Part shown: positions 56,566 through 64,000 of the stretch, piece by piece
Numbering within the stretch: position 1 is the first letter of the stretch
How the letters are laid out: every line of letters begins with the position of its first letter
Made by a program: the position numbers and the translations under genes
Notes under the pieces: model-generated
Database searches by the model: none
Told to the model about the DNA's origin: nothing
The model's input: the letters and a program-made list of their open reading frames with translations, nothing else
Assembly (NCBI GenBank): GCA_963978095.1
Contig: CAXBQP010000003.1
Location: forward strand, 32,001-96,000
Source of the DNA: an uncultured bacterium
GTDB taxonomy: Bacteria > Gemmatimonadota > Gemmatimonadetes > Gemmatimonadales > Gemmatimonadaceae
Direction: 5' to 3'
DNA: 64,000 bases

Positions 56566-58578
56566 CTACCCCGCAATCACCCGCTTCACCGTCTCAACCA
56601 ACCGCTCCGCCGTGATCCCGTACTCCTGATACAACTTCTGGTACGGCGCCGAAGCCCCGAACGTCTCGATTCCGAGCACCGCACCGGAATCCCCGACCCA
56701 CCGATACCACGGCATCGGGTGCGCGGCCTCGATCGCCACCCGCTTCACCCCCTCCGGCAGCACGCCCGCCTGGTATTCGGCGCTCTGCATCGCGAACAGC
56801 TCGAGCGACGGCACACTCACCACGCGTACCCCCACCCGCTCCGCGGCGAGCAGATCGCGCGCCTTGAGGGCGAGCTCCACTTCCGAGCCCGTCGCGAGGA
56901 TCACCGCACGCGGCGGACCGCTCGGCGAATCGGCCAACACATACGCGCCGTTCGAGGCACCACGTGCGGCGCCGAACTTCGTGCGGTCGATCAGTGGGAG
57001 TTTCTGACGCGTGAGTACGATGGCCGTGGGGCCGGTGCGATGCGCGAGCGCGGTGCGCCACGCTTCGCTCGTTTCGTTGGCGTCCGCGGGGCGGAGCACC
57101 AGGAGATTCGGGATGCATCGCAAGCTCGCGAGATGCTCGACCGGCTGATGCGTTGGGCCATCCTCGCCGAGTCCGATGGAGTCGTGCGTGAACACATAGA
57201 TCACCTGTTGTTTCATGAGCGCCGCCAAGCGGATGGCGGGGCGCATGTAGTCGGCGAACACCAGAAAGGTGCCGCCGAAGGGGATGACGCCGCCGTGCAG
57301 CGCCATGCCGTTCATCACGGCGCCCATGCCGTGCTCGCGGATGCCGTAGTTGATGTTGCGGCCACCCGGCGTCGCGACCTGCACGGCGCTCGAACCCTTG
57401 ATCGTCGTCACGTTCGAGCCCGCGAGGTCGGCGGAGCCACCGATCATCTCGGGGATCTTCGGCGCGAGGGCGTTGATCACGGCGCCGCTCGCGGCGCGCG
57501 ACGCGATGTTGCCGTTGCTCGCGTCGAACACAGGCAGCGCGCTCTCCCAACCGGACGGGAGATCGCCATGCATGCGGCGCCCGAACTCCTTGGCGTCATC
57601 CGGATTTGCCTTGCTGTACGCGATCAGTTGCTTGCGCCACGCGTCCTGCGCGGCGGCACCCTTGGGGCCGATCTCGCGCCAGTGCGCGAGCGCTTCGGCC
57701 GGCACGGCGAACGGTTCAGTGGGGCTCCACCCGAGCACGGCCTTCGTGAGTGCGATCTCGTCCGTGCCAAGCGGTTCGCCATGCGCCTTGGAGAGCCCCG
57801 CACGGTTCGGGCTGCCGTAGCCGATCACCGTCTTGGTGATGATGAGCGTCGGGCGCTCGGAGTCGGCCTTGGCGGAAGCGACTGCAGCATCGATCTGCGC
57901 CAGATCGTTCACATCGGCGATGTGCAATACCTGCCAGCCGTACGACTCGAAGCGCTTGGCGGTGTCATCCGAGCAGGAGATGTTCGCCGGGCCGTCGATG
58001 GTGATACTGTTGTCGTCGAAGAAGCCGATCAGTTTGCCGAGCTTTTGCTGACCGGCGAACGACGCGGCCTCGTGCGAGATCCCTTCCATCAGGCAGCCGT
58101 CCCCCGCGATGAACCAAGTGTAGTGGTCCACGATCGCGTGCGATTCCTTGTTGAAGGTCGTAGCGAGATGGCGTTCGGCGAGGGCGAGACCGACCGCATT
58201 CGCGACCCCTTGGCCGAGCGGGCCGGTGGTCGTTTCCACACCGGCGGTGTGACCGACTTCAGGATGCCCCGGCGTCTTGCTCCCCCACTGCCGGAAGTTC
58301 TTGATGTCGTCGAGCGAGAGGTCGTAGCCGCTCAGGTAGAGCGTCGAGTAGAGGAACATCGACGCATGGCCGACGCTGAGCACGAAGCGATCACGATCGG
58401 GCCAGTGCGGATCGGCCGGATTGTGCTTGAGATGCTTGTGGTAGAGCGCATACGCCAGGGGCGCGAGTGCCATCGGCGTGCCGGGGTGTCCGGAGTCGGC
58501 CGCTTGGACGGCATCCATCGACAGCGTGCGAACGGTGTTGATGGCGAGTGTCTGGAGTTCGGCGTCGGACAGGGGCAC
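56566..58578 (-). CDS. tkt: Transketolase
   Basis: SGHPG, DRDRFVLS.GH, TTGPLGQG, GDGCLMEG, GIREH, THDSIGLGEDGPTHQP; GTG 58578 with SD GAGG. Confidence 0.98.
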   Translation of the reverse strand: MPLSDAELQTLAINTVRTLSMDAVQAADSGHPGTPMALAPLAYALYHKHLKHNPADPHWPDRDRFVLSVGHASMFLYSTLYLSGYDLSLDDIKNFRQWGSKTPGHPEVGHTAGVETTTGPLGQGVANAVGLALAERHLATTFNKESHAIVDHYTWFIAGDGCLMEGISHEAASFAGQQKLGKLIGFFDDNSITIDGPANISCSDDTAKRFESYGWQVLHIADVNDLAQIDAAVASAKADSERPTLIITKTVIGYGSPNRAGLSKAHGEPLGTDEIALTKAVLGWSPTEPFAVPAEALAHWREIGPKGAAAQDAWRKQLIAYSKANPDDAKEFGRRMHGDLPSGWESALPVFDASNGNIASRAASGAVINALAPKIPEMIGGSADLAGSNVTTIKGSSAVQVATPGGRNINYGIREHGMGAVMNGMALHGGVIPFGGTFLVFADYMRPAIRLAALMKQQVIYVFTHDSIGLGEDGPTHQPVEHLASLRCIPNLLVLRPADANETSEAWRTALAHRTGPTAIVLTRQKLPLIDRTKFGAARGASNGAYVLADSPSGPPRAVILATGSEVELALKARDLLAAERVGVRVVSVPSLELFAMQSAEYQAGVLPEGVKRVAIEAAHPMPWYRWVGDSGAVLGIETFGASAPYQKLYQEYGITAERLVETVKRVIAG

Positions 58579-58681
58579 GGCACGATCCTCGGGCAAGGGG
58601 CGAGAGGGCGCAGCAGTGTGCGCTCGCTCGAAAGTTAGCCCAAGAGCAAGGCCGACGAAATCCGCGACGGGAGGTCGTGAC

Positions 58682-59101
58682 TCAGCCCGGGAGATCCGGG
58701 AAATAGGTGGGAACGCGCTGTGCACAGGCCACGAGTGCCTTGGCGGCGGCCGCGTTCCCCAACAATCGGGGGAGCGATCCCGTGAACGACACGCGGCGCT
58801 GCATGACGGCGCTCAGTGCGTCGAGTTTGCCCTCGGCAAGTGCTTTCCAGGTCGGGTAGTCTGCGCGGAATACGAAGGGCGCGGTTATCTCCGAGGCGGC
58901 AATGATGCGCGCTTGGGTGCAGCGGCCGGCATCGAGCGTGAGCTGCACCGCCACTTCCTGTGTGAAGCCGAGCGCAGGCGTTGGAGTGAGCGCGAACGCG
59001 GCCGGCCACTTCCACGCGGAGCCGGTACTGTTGAATGTCGCGTCACTGTCAATTGCATGACGGAGCGCATCGGCCCATTCGGCGGTGAAGAGATGATACA
59101 T
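58682..59101 (-). CDS. SCP2 sterol/lipid-binding domain protein
   Basis: F..EW...L...I, ADYPTWK.L..GKLD...A.M.....G.L; TGATG-coupled to the upstream gene. Confidence 0.82.
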   Translation of the reverse strand: MYHLFTAEWADALRHAIDSDATFNSTGSAWKWPAAFALTPTPALGFTQEVAVQLTLDAGRCTQARIIAASEITAPFVFRADYPTWKALAEGKLDALSAVMQRRVSFTGSLPRLLGNAAAAKALVACAQRVPTYFPDLPG

Positions 59102-60126
59102 CACGTGCGTTTGTTCCCCGCCTGTGCATGGAGTCGTCCGTGCTGTTGGTTGCGAAGCACCTTGAGCACACTGCCGCCAGCGGCGAGCGCGCCGAGCACG
59201 ATGTACAGATAGAAAGTGTAGAAGCGCCACCAGACGAGCGCACCACCGACCTGGGACGGCGTCATGACGCCGGAGAACGCCCAACTGAACGAGGCTTCCA
59301 CGGCGCCCCCGCCCCCGGGGGCCGGTGCGACCGCGCCTCCGTAGAGGAAGACCAGAGGCCAGAGCACCAACTGGGCGAGCGGCAGGTGGGGATCCATCGC
59401 GAGTGCGACGATCGGCAGTACCGCGAGCCGGAGCGAGACATGCACCATCGAGGAAAGCGCGGCGGCGAAGAGCATGCCGAATCTCGCGTGCTTGAGGGCG
59501 TCGATGCCGGCGCGGAGGGAGCGCAGCGACTTCTGAATGGTGCGCCAGCGGCCTGCGTGCAGGCCGATGGCGGCGGCCCACGCGGGTGGCGGTCCGTGGG
59601 CGTTCCGCTTGGCGAGAAAGAGTCCGATGGCGCCGACCGAGAGGACTACCGCCGCGTAGCCACCGACCATGACAGTCATCAACTGTATCACGCGTCCGCT
59701 GCCGTGGAATGCAACAGCGAGAATCACGCAGAGCACCGCGAGTGACGACATCTCGAGGAACAGCTCCGTGAAGAGCAGGAGCACATTATTGGCGGCGCTT
59801 ACCCCTGCTTCCGCCAGCACAAGAAATCGTGCGGGCTCGGCGCCGGAGCGTGCCGGCGTCACCGACGCCGCGAAATCTCCGCCGAGGCACACACGCATCG
59901 ATGTCCAGAACCTGAGCGGGATGCGGAGGGCACCGGCGCTCCACTGCAGCTTGATGGTGCGCGTCACGACCTCCGCGAGTACGGCGGCGAACGCGATGGC
60001 ATGCACCGTCAGTGGAATCGCGGGCGGGGCTCCGCCCTGGGCCCATCCCTTCCACACGATGTACACCGACGCGCCGATGGTGGCGGCGAACGATGCGATC
60101 AGGATGAGCCAACGACGGAGACTCAA
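59101..60126 (-). CDS. Lysylphosphatidylglycerol synthase TM (UPF0104) flippase-like protein
   Basis: TPARSGAEP, PAPGGGGAVE, WWRFYTFY; multiple TM segments. Confidence 0.88.
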   Translation of the reverse strand: MSLRRWLILIASFAATIGASVYIVWKGWAQGGAPPAIPLTVHAIAFAAVLAEVVTRTIKLQWSAGALRIPLRFWTSMRVCLGGDFAASVTPARSGAEPARFLVLAEAGVSAANNVLLLFTELFLEMSSLAVLCVILAVAFHGSGRVIQLMTVMVGGYAAVVLSVGAIGLFLAKRNAHGPPPAWAAAIGLHAGRWRTIQKSLRSLRAGIDALKHARFGMLFAAALSSMVHVSLRLAVLPIVALAMDPHLPLAQLVLWPLVFLYGGAVAPAPGGGGAVEASFSWAFSGVMTPSQVGGALVWWRFYTFYLYIVLGALAAGGSVLKVLRNQQHGRLHAQAGNKRT

Positions 60127-62636
60127 CGCGCGCGCGCGTACTCGAGCGTGGACATGCGACGTGTCCCCGGGTACGGGACGTTCGGCCCCTTGATGGTGCG
60201 CCAGAGGATCTGGTTGAAGAGCTGCTCGTCGGCGGTGTCCTCGAAGATGAGGTCCAGGGTCGCCGATTCGCGGGCCTCGCGGGTGCCGGCCTTGTTGACC
60301 TCGTCCAGGCGCTGCGCAGGGGTGAGCGCGGCATACGGGCGAAGATCCGCTGAGGGGCCGAAGATCTCGGTGACCGGACGTCCGAAGAAATCGAACTGCG
60401 AGAGCGCGCCGAGCTTGAGGACGCGCTCCATGGTCGCGATGAAATCGGTCGTATTGATGAAGCGGTGGTACACGCCGGGCTTGTTGTACGCCGAGATGAT
60501 CAGCGCCGGAGCGCGGTGCGAGTCGACGTGGTCGGAGCCATTCTGGGCATCATCCTCGACCACGAAGATGACGGTGTTCTTCCAGAACGGCGATCGGGAG
60601 ACCGCTTCGACGATTCGCCCGAGCGCGAGATCGTTGTCGGCGACCTGTGCTTTGGGGCTCGGCGCGTCGGCGCGCGCGCCGGACGTATGATCGTTGGGGA
60701 GGCGGAGGATCTGCAGCTGCGGCATCACGCCCGTGGCGACGAATCCCTTGAAGTCCGCGATCCAGATGTCGGCACGCCTCTGATCGGTGATGTTCAGATC
60801 GAAGGCGGGATACTCCGGGTTCGTGTGGGAGCGCAGGAAGGGCTTCACCCCGGTATAGCCGCGTGGCACGGTGGCTCCGCCGCGTCCGCCGCCTTCAGGG
60901 ACGACGAACTCGCCGTAGTTGCGGAAGGAGACATTGGCGCGCTGTGCGAGATTCCAGAGATAGCCGTTCGCCGGTTCGGCGACGTCTTCGTCGTCGGCAG
61001 GCGTCACATTCCGGTTCTGGCCTTCCCAGTCGTAGCTCCGGCCACGGCTCGGGCGCGAATAATTCTGCGGGACCGTCTTCTGGGTGTAGTCGGTGGTGTA
61101 CGCGGCCATGGACCAGTTGTGACCGTCAGGGCTGACCTCGGCGTTCACGAAGAAGCGATCCATGATGCCGAACCGTTCGGCAAGGGCGTGGTGATTGGGT
61201 GAGACCGCGCGCGGAAAGAAGACGAGCGAGGTGTCGCCATCGGCCTGCGGGAGATCGCCGAAGATTTGATCGTAGGTGCGATTCTCCTTCACGATGTAGA
61301 TCACATGTTCGAAGGGCGGCAACACCGCGTCGACGCGCGGTTCCCCCCAGTGATTCGCGCGGGCGACGCGGGCGCTGAGGGCGTCAAGCTCCGCACCTGA
61401 TGCGCGGGCCGCGGTGGAGGTGAGCACCGTGCCGCTGGTCTGGCCCAAGGTGTAGGCATTGCTGTTGTAGCCTGCCTCGCCGCGATCCAGGCCCGGGCGC
61501 GGACCATCGGGATTCGCTTTGGTGCCGCGTCCCTTTCCCGTCAGCACGATCAGCGAGTCATTGCGCGCGACGACGGCGGTCGGGTACCAGTGGGTCGGTA
61601 CGCGACCAACGACGTTGTCGGCTCCTTTGGCCGCGGCCACGCCGGCCGTGGAGCTGGTGAGGTCGATGAGGGCGATGGCGTTGTTGTCGGATTCGGCCAC
61701 ATACAGCCTGGTACCGTCCGCAGAGAGTGCCAGGGCTGTCGGCGTGCTCCCTTCGCCAGGGCCACCACGGGGTGTGTCGACGAGTTCGGTCTGGACACGG
61801 CGCGCTTTCGTGTCCACGACCGTGATGCGATCCGTGGACGCCGAGGCGACGAACAGGCGCGAGCCCTCGCCGTTGAGGAGAAGCGCCGAGGGGTGGCGTC
61901 CGACGCGGATGCGATGCTGGGCGTCGAGAGCGCCGGAGGCCGTGCGGGTGAAGACGGCGACCGTGTTGCCGCCCCAACTCGACACGAAGACACTGTTATC
62001 GGGGGTGACGGCGACGCCGTACGGGTAGCGCTCGGTGGCCAGGCGCTGCACGACTTTTCCGGTGGCGAGATCGATTACCGCGAGCGAGTCCGCCAGGTTC
62101 TCGGCGACGTAGAGGTACTTGCCGTCCGGCGAGGGCGCGAGCCCCGCCGGATAGCGGTTGCCGTTCGGGCGGGTTTTGACCGCGAGGACGAGGCTGTCCG
62201 TGAGCGACGCTCTGTTTCCACTCCAGGCGTAGCGGTAGACCACGTCCTGGTTGCCGCCCGAGGCGTAGAGGGTCTTGCCGTCAGGGGAGAAGGCCAGACC
62301 GAGGAAGGCGGCGGTCTGGGTCGCCGTTTGTTCGATCTTGCCCGTGGCGCGATCCAGGACCTGCACCCCTTGCTCGCGGTAGCCGTTCAGGAGGATCACG
62401 ATCTTGGAACCGTCCGGCGAGAGTGACATCGCGAGGGGCATGGAGCCAACGTCCCATGCGACCCCGGCCGGGTCCAGCGTGCGACCGGTCGGGAGCTGTC
62501 CTTGGGCGTCCAGGGATACGGTATTCGGGGCCGGATCGGAGCCTCCACGGCAGGCGGACGCCAGCAGGACGATCGGTGCCAGGAGGCGCGGGACCCATCG
62601 AGCGGGGGCAGCACGGAATCGGAGGATGTGGAGCAC
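60123..62636 (-). CDS. YncE beta-propeller plus phosphoesterase/alkaline-phosphatase-fold lipoprotein
   Basis: Lipobox ASAC, SPDG repeats, YIVKENRTYD, SPDGHNW, LPNDHT, EDDAQNGSDHVDSHR; GTG 62636. Confidence 0.9.
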   Translation of the reverse strand: MLHILRFRAAPARWVPRLLAPIVLLASACRGGSDPAPNTVSLDAQGQLPTGRTLDPAGVAWDVGSMPLAMSLSPDGSKIVILLNGYREQGVQVLDRATGKIEQTATQTAAFLGLAFSPDGKTLYASGGNQDVVYRYAWSGNRASLTDSLVLAVKTRPNGNRYPAGLAPSPDGKYLYVAENLADSLAVIDLATGKVVQRLATERYPYGVAVTPDNSVFVSSWGGNTVAVFTRTASGALDAQHRIRVGRHPSALLLNGEGSRLFVASASTDRITVVDTKARRVQTELVDTPRGGPGEGSTPTALALSADGTRLYVAESDNNAIALIDLTSSTAGVAAAKGADNVVGRVPTHWYPTAVVARNDSLIVLTGKGRGTKANPDGPRPGLDRGEAGYNSNAYTLGQTSGTVLTSTAARASGAELDALSARVARANHWGEPRVDAVLPPFEHVIYIVKENRTYDQIFGDLPQADGDTSLVFFPRAVSPNHHALAERFGIMDRFFVNAEVSPDGHNWSMAAYTTDYTQKTVPQNYSRPSRGRSYDWEGQNRNVTPADDEDVAEPANGYLWNLAQRANVSFRNYGEFVVPEGGGRGGATVPRGYTGVKPFLRSHTNPEYPAFDLNITDQRRADIWIADFKGFVATGVMPQLQILRLPNDHTSGARADAPSPKAQVADNDLALGRIVEAVSRSPFWKNTVIFVVEDDAQNGSDHVDSHRAPALIISAYNKPGVYHRFINTTDFIATMERVLKLGALSQFDFFGRPVTEIFGPSADLRPYAALTPAQRLDEVNKAGTREARESATLDLIFEDTADEQLFNQILWRTIKGPNVPYPGTRRMSTLEYARAR

Positions 62637-62808
62637 GAAAGCCTCGAGATGAGGGCCCGCTCGTGGCGGGGGAGGGGCAGGGGGGTGGGGGCCTGCTATA
62701 TCTTGAATAAATGTACCGGGCGGTCGTGCGCTGTCACGACCTCCGGGACCTGCTCGCGGGCGTCGGTTGCGTCCGACCCCGAACAACCAGCGTTTCATGG
62801 AGACTCGT

Positions 62809-64000
62809 GTGAACACCCGCGTCCGACGTTCCTCGCTGTACGCTCTCGTTCTGTCGCTGCTGCTGCCGTGGTCGGTGGTGGCGCAGAGTTTCGACTCGTT
62901 GGCCTTTGTCGGCATGCGCTGGCGCGAGATCGGTCCGTTCCGCGGTGGTCGGTCGGTGGCGGTGGCCGGCTCGGACAAGCGGACCAACGAGTACTACATG
63001 GGCACTGTGGGGGGCGGCGTCTTCAAGACCACCGACGGCGGCACCACTTGGCAGCCGACGACCGACAAGTATTTCGGCGGAACGATCGGCGCCATCGCGG
63101 TCTCGGCGTCGAATCCGGACATCGTCTGGGTAGGTGGTGGCGAAAGTGATATTCGTGGCAACGCGGCCCCCGGCGATGGTGTCTGGATGACCAAGGACGC
63201 CGGCAAGACGTGGACGCGGAACACGTTCTTCGATGTGAAGAACCATGTGAATCGCGTGCGGATCCACCCGACGAATCCGGACATCATCTGGATCGGCGTG
63301 TTGGGTCACGCGTTCGGCCCGAACGAGCAACGCGGGGTGTTCAAGACCACGGACGGCGGCAAGACGTGGAAGAAGGTCTTGTACCGCAACGAGAATGTGG
63401 GGATTTCCGATCTGATCCTGGATCCGAACGATCCGAACGTGCTGTATGCGGCGTTCTGGAACGCGTATCGCACTCCCTGGTCGCTGAACTCCGGCGGACC
63501 TGGCGGCGGGATGTTCAAGTCGGTCGATGGTGGCGAGAGCTGGAAGGAGATCACCGCCAACCCGGGCATGCCGAGGGGGTTGTGGGGCAAGGTCGGCATC
63601 GCGGTGTCGCCGGCCAAGTCGTCACGCGTGTGGGCGTTGATCGAGGCCGAAGAGGGGGGCGTGTACCGGTCCGACGACGGCGGCAACACGTGGGCCAAGA
63701 TCAATGAAGACCGTAAGCTGCGTCAGCGTGCCTGGTACTACTCGCGCATCTACGCGGACCCGAAGGACTCGGCGGTCGTGTACGCGGTGAACACGGGCTT
63801 CTATCGCTCGCGCGATGGCGGCAAGACGTTCCCGCAGTCCCTGAATGTGCCGCACGGCGACAACCATGACGTGTGGATCGCGCCGAGTGATCCGAACCGC
63901 ATGATCAATTCCAACGACGGTGGCGCCAATGTGTCGACGAATGGCGGCCGCACGTGGACCGAGCAGAATTTCGCCACGGCCCAGATGTACCACGTGACGA
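62809..64000 (+). CDS. VPS10/sortilin-like BNR-repeat glycosyl hydrolase, runs off the window
   Basis: Signal peptide, WREIGPFRGGRS, repeated K(T/S).DGG.TW Asp-boxes, RQRAWYY, HGDNH; no stop before 64000. Confidence 0.9.
   Translation, partial: MNTRVRRSSLYALVLSLLLPWSVVAQSFDSLAFVGMRWREIGPFRGGRSVAVAGSDKRTNEYYMGTVGGGVFKTTDGGTTWQPTTDKYFGGTIGAIAVSASNPDIVWVGGGESDIRGNAAPGDGVWMTKDAGKTWTRNTFFDVKNHVNRVRIHPTNPDIIWIGVLGHAFGPNEQRGVFKTTDGGKTWKKVLYRNENVGISDLILDPNDPNVLYAAFWNAYRTPWSLNSGGPGGGMFKSVDGGESWKEITANPGMPRGLWGKVGIAVSPAKSSRVWALIEAEEGGVYRSDDGGNTWAKINEDRKLRQRAWYYSRIYADPKDSAVVYAVNTGFYRSRDGGKTFPQSLNVPHGDNHDVWIAPSDPNRMINSNDGGANVSTNGGRTWTEQNFATAQMYHVT

Overview
GC-rich bacterial chromosome window that contains the replication origin. 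The organism is most likely Gemmatimonadota; this is an inference from the GWxTD protein, CarboxypepD_reg/plug proteins, paired M16 peptidases and VPS10-type hydrolase. The core is rnpB / dnaN-oriC-dnaA <> rpmH-rnpA-yidD-yidC-mnmE. Around it lie polA, pyrE, upp, an ECF sigma with a zinc anti-sigma, holA, mutS, cbs, ddl, queF, tRNA-Phe, homospermidine synthase/ornithine decarboxylase, ilvE and tkt. A decayed ~2.8 kb island without an integrase follows tRNA-Phe. I saw no CRISPR array, transposase or integrase. The most striking unexplained signal is a 25-bp AT-rich pseudo-palindrome (AWWW-AGTA-N-C-N5-G-N2-AC-NAWW). It is written in rare synonymous codons at five sites inside four unrelated genes, all within about -9 to +19 kb of oriC, and is a candidate non-canonical parS-like or origin-organising site. 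Other leads: a clamp-binding-like QMDLF motif in DnaA, a structured leader and active-site insertion at queF, a full sigma54 promoter driving an ECF sigma, no canonical start for full-length rnpA and a probable CTG start for mnmE, and an ATP-grasp/HExxH peptidase pair. All calls come from reading the sequence; no searches were run.
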